A DNA stretch of 64,000 bases. It comes from Lama glama. Its lineage: Eukaryota. The notes below the pieces were generated by a model that was not told where the DNA came from, did not search any database, and saw nothing but the letters and a program-made list of their open reading frames with translations. Positions 1 to 13,330 of this stretch are shown in pieces; the first letter of the stretch is position 1; each line of letters begins with the position of its first letter. The DNA lies in NCBI GenBank assembly GCA_028534125.1, contig CM052816.1:88724001-88788000 (forward strand), read 5' to 3'. Both the position numbers and the translations under genes were made by a program.

Positions 1-47
1 AGACAGTTGATCTCTAATTACTTATGGGACTGAGACCAGATTGGAAG

Positions 48-238
48 CTAGTTTTTAACTCCACTGCACAGTGGAGTCACCTGAGAGTTAAAAAAAATTT
101 CTGTTCCTATTCCCCCTCACCTTTCCATCCAAGACCTTAGAGATTCAGATTTAATTGGTATGAGGTAGAGCCTAGAGACGGGGATTTTTAAAAAGTCTCC
201 CCAGTTGGTTCTAATATGGAGCAAATTAAAATTTACCA
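48..238. mobile_element. MER5A1-like hAT-Charlie non-autonomous DNA transposon
   Basis: Matches recalled MER5A1 motifs: GAGTCACCTG...AGAGATTCAGATTTAATTGGT...GGGATTTTTAAAAAG..CCCCAG.TG.TTCTAAT. Confidence 0.75.
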
Positions 239-2139
239 GGGAGAGGGGGCCATATGCCAAAATCCACACCTAAGGCATTTGAACTGATAGAAGAGAAAAA
301 TAGTAACAACTTCCAAAGTAGACAGTTCACTCTGAGAGGGAATGATTGATCGATCAGAACAAATAGAACACATATTCAGGGAAAAATAGTTCTCAGAGAA
401 GAAAATTACAAATTGAATAGGAAAAAGGATAAATAAAAGATTATTTAAGAAATTTCAGTTGTTCTACATTTTTTTCTAAATATTTACCAATTAAGTCATT
501 CAATAGACCTTTGTGACCTTGTGATAATCAGAAGAAAATAATTTTCCTTACTTTCTTCAATTCATTTTATGTCTAAGCTACATGAAATACATTTTGCTTA
601 CTTGAAGGCAATCATTTCCTTCAATCATTCTAGTGGAATGAGATGGTCAGGGAAGTAAGAGAACATGTCGCAGAAGCATCCTCTGAGTGATCATTTCTGC
701 ATTCCAACTGATGCAAGAGTTGAAGTGGAGAGAAAAGTAAACACAAGATTTTTGAGTGCTTGAAATAGCCAAGTTAAAGTTTGATTACATACATTTAATG
801 GAATTATTTTGAAAATTCATCAGTAAAGAGGCAAACAGAATGATTATAGGGAAAGTGAGAGTACTGTTTTATCGCTGTTGTAAGGTCCATCGTAAGCTGC
901 TCTTGAAGCTGATTTTGAAGAATCATCTGGGGTAAATTTGTTTTCGAAGATGGAGTTTAAAGGGATAGGGAAAGAAAAGAAAGTGAATGATTGTTTATTT
1001 CTGCATCTTTGGACAAATAATTTGAATTATAAATGTCAGTGACAGCTGAATTCTTAGTTTGTATTCAGAACTTTCCTCTTGATAAGAGGCTTTAGGTTGT
1101 ATGTCCATGGACAATTTAGATAAAAGCAAAACTTGAGCTTTAATCATTCTCATATATGCCAAACTTTATTGATCTGACCTTATTACAGAATCAAGAAGCA
1201 TTAGATGTTTCTAATTAATGCCTAAATTCACTAAGCATCTTACATACTATAGGATACATTTTCTATTTAGGGTCTTTATCGGGAAAGAAAAGGTAGTGGA
1301 TTTAAAATTCTTGGAGTATGTATTTGATTCCTGCTCTCAGAACCAATAAACATTAATATTGGGGGTGCACACTCTCTATTAAACAGTGTAGGAAAAAACA
1401 TATCATGAATTACAAATTAGCCTTTTCCTAAGGGTATTACAATGCAGTTAATTCAATTGTTTTGTTATACTATTCACTTTTTTTTTTGCAGCACAAATAT
1501 AATTAGAATGAGAAATACAGCAAGCTGTTAAAATTATTTCTTACTACAAAAATAGTCCATAAGTCCTTTAAGGAAAATCATGTAAACTTCTAGTCAATAT
1601 TTTGTGGAAGTATACTGTTTTCCACCATCTCCTAAAAAGTATTCCACAAGTAACTCCTTTTAAAACTACATCATAAAGACTATCTCCGTGATTTCAAGAT
1701 TTAGAAAGACAAACGTTTTAGGTTTAGGGTATAAACAAGTTATTCATACATAGATTTGTTGACTTTATTTTTCTTAGGACAGCAATGAAATATGTCTGCC
1801 TTACAAACCATTAGAAAATACATATTTCTAAATAAATCATTCTGATTGTTTCCCAGAGGTTTTTATAGTGAGACTTCACTAATACAGTCACATGAGATTA
1901 TGTGTTCACAGTCTGTAAAATCTGGTCAGTGTGCTCTGCTCTTTTTTTTTTTTCCCCATGGTGTAAGGAAGGAGTGCTTCTCTTTCACTGTAAGCAAGTA
2001 AAGGTTTTTGACTTTTTTCTTAAAGAAATTCTTTAGAAGCTGAAGAGATAGTTTCTGGAATTTGAAAGACCCTAGGTCAAAAGGGGCTAGAAGAAAAACA
2101 GAATAAAACCAAGACCTACAGAGCTGATAACTGGCAGCC

Positions 2140-2370
2140 TAATATAATGTTAAATGACATGGATTCTGCAGGCAGAATTCTGCAGGATTCTGCAGGCTGA
2201 TGCTACCACCTGTTAGGTTTATGATGGTGGCATGTCGCCTAAAATTCTGTGCTCAGCTTCCTTATGTGTGTAGTGCCCATATCGTGGGGCCCTTCATGTG
2301 GCCGTTGTGAGTACTAAGTATTTAGAACAGTGCATAGTCCATGGTAATTACTATGTAAGTATATGCTCAG
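2140..2370 (+). mobile_element. MIR SINE (degenerate)
   Basis: MIR core-like CTGTGCTCAGCTTCCTTATGTGT and 3' part TTAGAACAGTGCATAGTCCATGGTAA. Confidence 0.6.
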
Positions 2371-2595
2371 TATCCAAAGGTGCTGCCCTTCCGAGTTTTC
2401 TCATTACTTTTCATGTCTGCTTTTCTACTTTCTTGTTCTCTTTTTCTATCTATCACTATATAATACGGCTTTGTCTGATTTTTTTAGTATGTTTTGGCCA
2501 AATATGGCCATGCCAGCACTCAGTAAAGAGAGATCAATATTGCTTTGAGGACACTAGCTAGTTTAAAGTATAAGGGAATGGTATTTCTACTTCCT

Positions 2596-2651
2596 AGACT
2601 TACCTCAGTGGTCTTACCTCAGTGGTCTTACAAGACTTACCGGTGGTCTTA
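2596..2651. repeat. Short tandem duplication, 14-bp unit CTTACCTCAGTGGT x2 plus a degenerate third copy
   Basis: Read directly: 2599-2612 equals 2613-2626, followed by AAGACTTACCGGTGGTCTTA. Confidence 0.9.
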
Positions 2652-3252
2652 TCAGCTCTTGACAGTGCTTATGTTCTGCTACTTTAAACCAAATAAAATG
2701 CCGTAAGCAAGTTACCTGCAGCATATATTCACTTTATAAAATAAACAATTGAATATGCGGATTTAATTGTATACCTTGAAGTAATGCTCTACAATTCATC
2801 AATTTAATATAATCGCATGGATAAGTAACTTGCTAGTTCTTAAAATAGCATTATTCCAAAGAGCGCATAACAAATAAATTGTTACTACACACAAAAAATG
2901 ACAGTATTCCTTTGTGAATTGCAATATATAAATTTCTCAAAGCCTAATTACTGGAAAATTACAGAAAAAACACTCTCTAAATACATACACATCACTGAAA
3001 TGAGGTAGTGTGCCAAGTAATCCACAGCAAATTAGTTCTGTAAAGATGAAATTAATCCTACTGACATTCATAATTCAGAAGCAAGAATGACAAAAATTCA
3101 AGATAGTAAACAACGCAAGACAGTGCTGTTGATGTCTTGATACTGATAATGAAGATGTCTCCCTAAAAACTGTAAAAACTTATACCCTAAACAGGTGTTT
3201 ATGTCTAATAAGAATAGTGCCAAGTAATGTGTCTGAGCCAGCGTTCTTTTAC

Positions 3253-4130
3253 ATATAATCTTCATTATTTGTCGATTCTTTATCTGCGAATTTACCTACT
3301 AACTAAAATTTATTTTTAACTCCAAAATCAATACTCAAAGAGCTTTCGTAGTCACTTGAGGACATACCCAGAGCAGCAAAAACTTTGAGTTGTTCAAAGT
3401 TCTCATTCCCAACAAGTCATCTTCTGTTTCAGCTCTCCCACTGTAAAAAAATGTCCTTCTTATGGTACATTTAATGCCATATTTCCTACATTTTTGTGCT
3501 TTTCTTTTAGTGAATTTGCTGTTTAAAATGCCCCCAACTATAGTGCAGAAGTGCTGTCTAGTGTTCCTAAGCACAAGGAGGCTGCTTTGTACCGTATGGA
3601 GAAAATGCATGTGTTAGATAAGCTTCTTCAGGCGTTAGTTACATTGCTCTTGGGTGTGAGTTCAATGTTAATGAATCAATAACACTATCCATCCAGGGAA
3701 AAAAGAGAAAGTAAGTCTGCTGAGCTGTATATGAGGCTGCTCTGGATAGTGCTAAAGTTACATCTACAAAGTATGCGATGATATTATGAAAAAGATAGAA
3801 GTTACATCTGTGGAGTCATGAGATGATACCCAATTTAAAAAGCTTAATGGAAAGCATTGCTATCAGGCTAAAAGCCAAACAAATTTTAGGTCATGTTACC
3901 CAGGGTCAGAAAAATGTTAGGAGAAAAAGGCTACTAAGTTATTATAAAAAATGCGGCATCCTGTTAATTATTTGTAAGAAGTATATATTAAACGCAATCT
4001 CTTTTAACAGAAACACACATAAAACAAGATTATTTATTGATCAGTTAACAAAATGGTGTGACCAGTAGCTTGCAGGAAATTAACCTTGTATTCCTCCCAA
4101 GAGCAATTGTTCACTATTCACGAATTCTAT
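3253..4130 (+). mobile_element. MER6-like TcMar-Tigger DNA transposon with a decayed transposase N-terminal remnant
   Basis: Matches recalled MER6/MER6A consensus (CTAAAATTTATTT.TAAC.CCAAAATCAATACTC; GTGCTGTCTAGTGTTCCTAAG; GAGTTCAATGTTAATGAATCAA; AACAGAAACACACATAAAACAAG). A frameshifted reading near 3540-3625 gives SAEVLSSVPKHKEAALYRMEKMHVLDKL, resembling a Tigger/CENP-B-type N-terminus. Confidence 0.8.
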
Positions 4131-5727
4131 TTATCCGATTTCCTATATAAAGCTAACAGCTACTGTTTACCTTTTCGATTTATATTTTCTTACCCAGATC
4201 AAGAAGAATGATTCTGCTCAAAACTGATTGCTTGATATCAGCTATTAATATAATTCTTTCTTATTTGATTTTCTTTTATCCAGCTGCTTCCTCTTTCAAA
4301 GTGGCCTGCTAGTCACAAAATATCTGCTTATTTATTTTTTAAAAAGATCAATGAGTATAAAAAATATTTTACTCAGGTTCCCCTTTCATTCAAGAACCTA
4401 TAATATTTGTAAATTAATCAACTCATAGGCTATATTATTGACCATTTAAAATTAATTATCATTACTTAACCATCCAATCTCACTTCTCACTGTGCCTATA
4501 CATGCATTCTCTAATCAAATGTTGTGTCTTCTTACGTTTTGATAAACTTCATGTCCTCTAATATCTTGAATTTGTTCATGATCAAAGTGTGAATAAAAAA
4601 CTCAGCAACAAGCATCAGGGTAGAGATGAAAAAAATAAAAAAAAAAAATGAAAAGATCTTCTAGGCTGGTTTCTGCAGCCTAAATTCAGGAAGTTCAGTG
4701 TACAGTATCAAAATGAGTACTGCAAACTCCATGTTGGTTTTTCTGAATATCTATTATCAATGTGTGTAAATTAAGTAAGAAGGCTTTATGGATGCTTTGT
4801 AGATTTATTCTAGTAGTGATGTATTTGAGAACTTGCTCCATACATAATAGACAGTTCCTGGAAATATGAGAATAGTAATCAGCGATCTAAGGGAGGGGGG
4901 AAATACGAACTTGCTGGAATTTTAATACCTTTGTCACATAGTCTGGAGTTCAGAGAAGTGCTCAGGTCCCAGGGTGTTGAGTTGCAGTTTGAAGGAGTGG
5001 CTCAGGAATATGGAGAGGTTCAATCCTGAAGTGAAATGGAAGCGATGTAGTTGAAGGTCCAGGTGTTACCTTAAGCTGACTTTAGGTCCAGTCTAATGTA
5101 GACCTGAACCACTACAGGGCTAATATTCTTGACGATACTTCTCTTATTGGTCAAAACTGTGTCAAAGAAGAAGGAGTCTTGGGACAATAGGTGTAACAAA
5201 ATAGCAATTTCAGCTATTAAGTTTAGGAAGGAAAATATTGACTTTCTTCACCTATTATAACTTCATCTACATAACCCACATATACTTCAGCCCTTCTCAA
5301 CACACACAAAATAATGATTGATATATTGCCATAATATATAGCTTATCTTACGGAAAAACCAATGGAAAGTGAAAGCAATCTATGGAAAGTAATTATTTGT
5401 TTATTTATTTGCATTTTATATTACTTTCCATGCTATAGTTTTTTGTGTTTCTTTCCATTTTATAAATATTGACAGAGTGAGAAATCAATTGTACTTAAAC
5501 AATAAATTAATGTATATGCTTTGTCTAACCTTGGTCTTACATTCCAGAAGTCAACATCAGACATCAAAGATTTGTTCAAACATATTAAACCTTTTAATTT
5601 TCAAAAATATCTCATTTTTAAATTCTAACAATTGTAGTAAATAGCATGTATGCCCCATACTTATGAGATTTGCAAGAATGGAAGCTTTTCTTTCATCACC
5701 ATCCATTTCTTTTTAAATCCTTAAAGT

Positions 5728-5869
5728 GTTTTTATTTTATTTTATTTTATTTTATTTTATTTTATTTTATTTTATTAAGTTATAGTCAGTTTACAATGTT
5801 ATGTCAATTTCCAGTGTAGAACACAATTTTTCAGTTATACATAAACATATATATATTCATTGTCACATA
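5728..5869 (-). mobile_element. 5'-truncated young L1 3' end with (AAAAT)n-patterned tail and 8-bp TSD
   Basis: (TTTTA)n at 5729-5776, then TTATAGTCAGTTTACAATGTT.TGTCAATTTCC.GTGTA (artiodactyl-type L1 3' terminus, reverse strand). CTTAAAGT is duplicated at 5720-5727 and 5870-5877. Confidence 0.8.
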
Positions 5870-6054
5870 CTTAAAGTTTTATCAGAATTAAAACTATAAT
5901 ATTCCCTGGCACTTCCACAGAAATCTATGAATTTCTGCATTAGTAGAGAGAATACTTAAATATTTGAATGAAATGGTGACAACTCCTCTTTTCCTCTTAA
6001 GAATTTTGTGACAACAAACTATTTTGTATTGCTTAGAGATGAATGTGTCTTATT

Positions 6055-6180
6055 ATATTTCACTCACTGAGCAATTATTTGTTGACTTATACTATGTGCC
6101 AAACATTGTCCTAGGCTTGGAAGGTTCATCTTTGAATAAAACAGATAGACAAATATCTCTGCCCTCCTGGAGCTTTAATT
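6055..6180 (-). mobile_element. L2 LINE 3' end fragment
   Basis: TACTATGTGCCAAACATTGTCCTAGGC...TCTCTGCCCTCCTGGAGCTT is the reverse of the L2 3' end. Confidence 0.7.
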
Positions 6181-8589
6181 ATATAAATGTCACCCACAGA
6201 CACAAAATAGCAAAACTAAATTTATTTTATTTTTAAATCCAGGAAAAGAAAAAAGTGTGCTCTATAATACACCCTAAATAGCCTGAATAAATCTTTTTTT
6301 ACAGTAAGAATTATACTTTGTCTCCCCACATAACAGTTTTTATTGGCAGCTTCATAATTTATATATGAATGAGTGTGGTATTTTCTCTGGATCACTTCCA
6401 TTACATACTTGGAAAAACTGAAAACAAATTTATCCACAGATTATATCAAGCTCATGAATAAATCATGGATACATATTTCCTTTTCTTAAATAAAATACAT
6501 ACACATATCCAAATATATAGGCTTGTACTTTGTACATTTACACATATATTTGTAAATATATAATGGGAAACATTTAATGCCTTAAATGGGAGTAGGAATC
6601 ATTTTCAAAGCACTACTTATAAAATATTATTTAAGGCAAATTTCTGTACAACTAAGAAAAATATATAACCTCAATATACTTTTAATCAGTCACAGGACTC
6701 CTCTAACAAGATGATTTTTTCAAACCCACTTATTTTTAGCCCTTTCATTTACTCAAGAGATATAGTTTAAATTATATACTATGCAAGAAGGAAACACATG
6801 CTGAAAGCTTCTTTTTGGAGTTCACTTTTAAAAGCCTTTGGAAACCATAATTGATAATTAATATACTCAGAATGCTGTTCTTCAGCCTCCAGTAGTTTAA
6901 ATGTTTTTTGCTTGAGTGATTATTCATATGCAACTCACTAAAGTGGATGATGTGGGAAGAAGACAGGAAGAAACCAAGTGAGGAAACAGGGAGGAAAACA
7001 TTTTAAGTATGATATGAAAAAGAAATGGGCTTAGTCTTTATTTGGCACTTAGCAGTTTTTTAATAAATATCTCTGAGACTATATCCATCACACTAAAAGT
7101 AATGTCCCCATCAAGGCATTTTACAGGACGGAATTTTTTGATAGAACCATGTCTGAAACACTTTGTGCTCCTGGTGTGTGTACAATGACTTATATTATTT
7201 AAAAAATACTAGTCTAGTGTGAGTAATCGTGGTTTAATTTCTTAAAAGAATAATAGACTTTACTTAGTTTTAATGATTTTGCATATGATGGCTTATAGAT
7301 TTCTGTTATGATAATAAAAGAAAATTATAAAAATGTTGAAGTCACTTAACCCCTTGGACCTCATGATTCAAGAAATTCAGCATAATCTTAAGATCTTCTG
7401 AAGACTGAGGCTCATTCTTGAAATTCATTCCTCAGGAGCATTTTCACATATAACTTTATTTTCTATCTCTTCAATTACTAATGAGAAAACCTTTGATAAA
7501 TTAAAAAATTCATGTCAAAGATGATTCATATCATACAAATGACTAAAAATCAACTTCTGTTTGTCCACTATTTGAACACAAAGATGACTGTGAAGTCTTG
7601 CTTGTTATTTTTGATCCATGATAAATTTACCTGACATAAGAATTAAACATTTATTTTTAATATTAATTATTTGACAATTATTTTATTAGCTTATATCATG
7701 CCATTTTTTGCTAAACACTTATATTGCTATTTAATTACTTCTATTTAACAGTATTTAACATATTAATTATTGTTATTTAATTATTAGTATTTGTTTTACC
7801 TTTGCAACTTAAGGCAAAATCTTTGGCAAAACTTTTAGAACCTCTTATGATAGGTCCCATGCTTTGCAGATGGTAGAAAAATAATAATAATTATTGCCTG
7901 AATGCCCTCTATGCTCCTCCTCTAAAAAACAAGTGTAGTGGAAAATGGTTTTCCTTTCATATGGAACAAGACTCTTCTTTCTTCAAGTAATACTCTATCT
8001 AGTTGTTTAAGTTAAGTTGGTGTACTAGTTAGGTAGGTAGTAGTGAGGGAACGAATACTCTAGCAACTGGACTATGATCATCCAGTACATGGTGAAGATA
8101 TGATTCAAAACACACAGTCCAGAGTTCCAGGTACTGCAATTTCATGCTTTAGGCTCTGTTGCTCATCATTACTGCAGGGATCTTAGAAGCAAAGCAAGCC
8201 CAGGTCTATTTGACACGAGCATTTGTAATCTTTCATCAGTTGTGTTAAGTTGATAAGACTTGAGATTTTATTTTAATGTTTTTAAAAACATTATTTCCCA
8301 AGAGATTTTATAAAGAAAGACAATCCAGTAAACAAAGCATGTACAATATAATTGCATATAAAATTGTAAATGTATTTAATGTTGGTCTATTTTTCTGTGA
8401 ACAATTGATATATTGTAAAATATCTTTGTTATATGAATGAAATACTCACCCGAAATGTTAACTGAAAGAAATGAATGTTAAGCTAAGTAGTTAGATAGAA
8501 GGTGAGAATGTCTGTGAAAATTTAGGCTTCTTTCTTTATGAATAGAGTTGCCTCCTTTACTCTCTAGACACAGACTATAAATGAGGGCA

Positions 8590-8790
8590 GCATTTATTGA
8601 TCATGTGATACGCATCATGAACTTCTAAGGGTGTTTTTCTCATGCCCTTTAAATCCCCCCACAATCCTACATTGTATGTCTTAATACAGCCACTTTATAG
8701 ATAAGGATATAGAAGTTCACAGAGGTTTCAGTAATCTGAACTACTTATCAAGAAACAGGATTCAAGTAGCTTCAAATTCCAGGTTCTTTT
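8590..8790 (-). mobile_element. MIR SINE
   Basis: CATTTATTGA...CACAATCCTA...CCACTTTATAGATAAGGATATAGAAGTTCACAGAGGTT (reverse MIR core). Confidence 0.65.
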
Positions 8791-9219
8791 TTTTAATATG
8801 AAATAACTTCTCTTCAGAACATACTGTATTAGAAACTGAATTTTTGGCTAACCTAATTCCTTATTGATTGCAGTTAGTAATATTTTAGTATTCTTATTTT
8901 TCAGGTCATTGCTGAACATTATTTTAACAGATTTCAGTCACATAAAATGCATTGGGTAAAGTGGTTTTGAGGATCATAAAAACAATGTGTATTTAAATGA
9001 TGTTTTGACTATTAATATATAATTGTATCTGGCTATTGTATCATTGTTTATAGGATGTGTAGAAAGGTCATTTTTATCATAGTATATACATAATTCAATT
9101 TAGATATTATGATTTAAGACCAATCAAATGTTTGATTTAAGTAATTAATATTGCTTCTCTATTGTAATTTATTAAAGGGCTTTATACATTTCTTATCAAA
9201 AACATGGAATTATATCTGC

Positions 9220-9420
9220 ATTCTTGATTCTTTCATTTAGCAGACCTGTAACCTTTGGCAAGTTATTATCCTTTCTGAATCTCAAATTTCTCAGCTGTGA
9301 AATAAGTAAAAAATATGTACATCATAGTGATATGAGTATTAAATGAATTTGTACATGTAAAAAAAGAGCAAGGCAAATCATACGCATAATTAGAACCTGA
9401 TAAGTGATGGCTCTAGTTAG
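9220..9420 (+). mobile_element. MIR SINE
   Basis: GTAACCTTTGGCAAGTTA...TCTGAATCTCAAATTTCTCAGCTGTGAAATAAG...TGAGTATTAAATGA. Confidence 0.7.
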
Positions 9421-10349
9421 AATTACTTCCCACCTATCTCTCTTGACAAAACTCAATGTAAGAGAAACAGTGAACATTCCCTTTAAATTCAACAGTCTAA
9501 TTTTCTCATTTAAACGCAGCTACTTTATTTTTTAAAAGTAAAATTGCAGGCATTTGTTTCATTGCACATTATCTATTGACTATTATAATCATATTATGAT
9601 TTTAAAATTAACATCAGGTAATATGTCTAGTAAATTCCTTGCAGCATGGATATTTTATTTTATCTTTCCTGCTAAGTTAGAAAACTATTGTCTAAGAGAT
9701 CAATGTACCGACCACAACACAAAGTCATTAAGTGTTACTCTTTTATTAAATTATAACAGCGACATTTAATTTTGTTTGCTGTTTGAAAGGTGGCTAAAAT
9801 TGCTTCCAAGGTGCTTTATGGAGCTGCTTACTAGCTTCTGGAAGGAACATATGCACATGTTTGTTGCTTACATATGCTTTCCATTATCATTAACAATGGC
9901 TGATTTAGTGGAGATTGTTATCTAACGTATGCCAAAAAAGTATAAGTACCTTTTTTTCATTTCTTCATGAAAGAAATTTAAGACCACAAAACCAGTTAAT
10001 CAATTATCTTTATTAAGTTTTAAGATGAAGAATTGGTTTTGTCCAAATATAATCCAAGTTAAGTCAGATAGATACTGTTTAAGCATGTATCAACAAATAA
10101 TCATAAGTTTGAAACTTTCAGAAATTATTGAAAATATTTGCACTCAATTAGAGACAAGAAAACATACCTGAAAACTATATTTAAAAAAAATTAATGTGAC
10201 AATAAGGCTATGAAAATACAAATTCATATTCTATACAATAAATTCTGACACATTAAATTAGCACATTGATCTTTTTTGTATTGGTTATTCTTGAGACATA
10301 CAGAATATTTTAAAAAATTTCTTTTAAAGTTTTTGACAAATATCTTACG

Positions 10350-10800
10350 TATTTCAGTAGAGTTTAACGAACATTTATTTAGCACTTATAATTCCAGAAA
10401 CTTGGTATAATCTGTGAGTAACATACTTAATAAAATGCACTTGCTACCCTCCACTTACTGATTACCAGTAGGAAGATATAAGTTATGTTAGATCCCAAAG
10501 AAGGAAGTCTCCACAAGGTGTTAAGTGAACACATAAAGAACACTTAGTCCTATCTTCAATTTCAGGAAAGCCTTAAAAGAAGAAATTTCATCTCTCTATC
10601 AGCAACATTTCACCAAATGTAAATATAAGAATTTCAGTAGTGACTTATGTTAGTCACTTCAATTACTGTCCCTTTAATACCCATAGCAGCATTGAAAGGG
10701 AGAAAATAGTATCCCTAGTTTACAGATGAGGGAACTGTCATTCAAATATATTGTATAAATTATAAAAATTGCACATTAATAGGTGAAAGTCCAAGAATCA
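10350..10800 (-). mobile_element. Adjacent degenerate L2 (about 10350-10590) and MIR (about 10660-10800) fragments
   Basis: AACGAACATTTATTTAGCACTTA (reverse L2 tail) and ATCCCTAGTTTACAGATGAGGGAACTG (reverse MIR core). Confidence 0.55.
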
Positions 10801-12231
10801 AATATAAAACAAAAATACATCATGATCTGTCCATGGTCATAGTATTAGAAGGGTTTACTTACTGATGAGTTTCTATACAAATTTCACTGTTGCTTCAACC
10901 TCATTTACACTTTCCACCTTTTCTTACAGAAAAAAGGGAAAAGTATCTCCTTGTCTTGAAACTGGGTCCAAGGAATTGACATATTATTAGCATTAAAAAC
11001 ATAATACATTGCTCTCAGTCTAAGAAAATTTTAGCAATCAGAACATCAGAAGTGAAGTTACTGTCATAACTTGAAAAATTTAGTAATGTTACAAAAAGTT
11101 TGTTCTTACTGATAATTTTCCAATAACAACATGTAGTAATATGATCCACTTAATGAGAAAGATTTCCTTCTTAACAATGAAAAAAAAAAACATTGATAAG
11201 GGCTTCCAAGTCAATAAAAGCATAAGTTGGTGTTTTTTGATTTTGAATATTCAATAGTTGGATGTTTTTGAAGTACACTGTGATGATTTTTCATGTTCTG
11301 ACAAAAGACTCTTTGTTATGCACACTTTAGAAGCTAAATTCCCTCTAGTCATGATTTTATTCAATTTTGTTCACATATTCCATTTGAGATATCAGCATAC
11401 TCATACACAGTGAACAGTACAGACTCATAAATATTTTAAATGAAGTACCATGTCCCATTATCTTCTGTACCCACAAAACATTTATTTCTTATTTCTCTTA
11501 CCTTCTAACATGGAATTAATGATGAGATTCTTCTACATATAATTAATTCAATAGATAGAAGAATGAACGGTCATGCATTTATTTTTAATGTAGCTGAATA
11601 CTGTCATTTGAAATTTATTGCCAAAGACAACACTGAAAATGATACATAAACTGAAAATAATTAAAAATGTGAATTAAGGAGACCCACATGTCACTAAATG
11701 TAGTATTAATGGAGTGGCAATATGGCAAAGAATCCTAAAAGATAGTGCTAAATTCTAGTCCTAAAACTCCTGAAAACTATTAAATTTGGGAATCCGTTTC
11801 CTGAACGTCATCTCTAAGTCGTCTACTAGTCATGAGAAGAGCACAGATAACTAGCATCTAGGTTGCAGCCTCGTTTTCTTAATTAAAGATGGTTTGCTGC
11901 AGACTTATTCCCCCGTGTAAAAGACTCATGGCACCAGGGAGACCAAGAAATTGCTCCTGGGCAGGCAAATGTAGAAGAACTACAACTTGAGGTTGGAGGG
12001 GACAGTCTGTAGATCACATGGACGAGCTGTGAATTTACAGGAGCAGGGTAATGATTAAAACCGCAGTTCGCACTCCCACGAGACTGTGGAATAGCTCCTT
12101 CTGTGCAAAGCTTTAGCCAGCCTGGTGGGAAGCGGCGCTTACACCCAGTAACACTTTCTCAAGGTCGCAATGGAAGCCACCAGCCACAGTAGAAAGAAAT
12201 GTTCTGTTTTCATGAAACTATTTCTGACAGA

Positions 12232-12610
12232 ATTCATTTATTCATTCTTACATTGATTCATTCTTTCATTCCGGCATTCAGGCCTTACAGCTGGCATTAT
12301 TGTGAGTCTTTCTGAAGGGGACGGAATACCACAGGGAGAAAAAAGTGCCCCTGCTCTACGTTGGCTCACTATCTAGTGGGAAACACATAGGCACAGACAG
12401 ATACAGAAAACCGACTTTCAGTGAGCATACGAGTAGATGTGGTCAGTTTTCTGACAGGCCATGGAAGCTTTCCCAGGAAGTGATAACTGAATTTTATCTA
12501 AGTGGATTAGTAGGACTTAAGGAAGGGAATGAAGGGGGAAGCACACTCCTGACAAAGAGTGTAGTGTGTGCAAAACACAGAAGCATGGAACTATTTTAAG
12601 GAATTAGGTT
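12232..12610 (-). mobile_element. L2 LINE 3' fragment
   Basis: (TTCA)n-like tail; CCCCTGCTCTACGTTGGCTCACTATCTAGTGGG; GCTTTCCCAGGAAGTGATAACTGA; GTGTGTGCAAAACACAGAAGCATG. Confidence 0.7.
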
Positions 12611-13067
12611 TGAAGAGTGGAAATCTCCTAACTGAAAGTTAAGAGAACACATTTTTTTCTTCCAAAGCCATACAGCCTCTGTGAAATGCCATGATAGCTA
12701 CATTTTAAGAGACTACCACTTTCTCTCCAATGACACTCTAAGACAAGTTTGCTTTTCACATTTATTACCAGAGAAAGCAAATTTCAAGGCTGCCCTTGTC
12801 TTCTGATAGCACACAGTTTCTAGTTAATCTGTTTCTCTTCATCCTGCTTTCTAACCAGTAACTAATTTCAAACTCATCCTTTACCTAGACTCTCCGCAGA
12901 ATGCTTCAGCCCTTTCTCAAACCTTACAAACGGGCTGTATCTCCTCCTGCTCTTTGAGTAGCATTCCGCAGTTCCTCAGTGGTGCCTTCCATTGCTGCAG
13001 CCAATAAGTCTGATTTCATTACAGTACAGACTTGTGTCTGTCTGTCTTTTGCTATTTTCCTCTAACA
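12611..13067 (+). mobile_element. Old ERV1-class solo LTR (MER92/MER110-like)
   Basis: TG...CA termini, ~455 bp, AATAAG poly(A)-like signal near 13004, 5' end resembles recalled consensus. Confidence 0.5.
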
Positions 13068-13119
13068 AAGTAAGAAAGTAAATAGTCAAATTGAGAAGGA
13101 TCTTGTAAAACCTCTGGGA

Positions 13120-13330
13120 AATACAGCTGGATTAGGGGTACAGGCTCTGTATCTAAATTGCTGTGTTTGAATCTACTCTATATCACTGACTAGCTCTATA
13201 ATAAAAGGCAGATAGCTTGACCTGTACTTGTCTCAATTTCTTCATCTATGAGACAAAATATATTCAAATTTACTGGGAATACACTGAATTGTATCTTATT
13301 TAATCTGTTCATTTAATACCTAGAAACAAG
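13120..13330 (+). mobile_element. MIR SINE
   Basis: CAGGCTCTGTATCTAAATTGCTGTGTTTGAATC...CACTGACTAGCT...TCTCAATTTCTTCATCTATGA. Confidence 0.65.
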
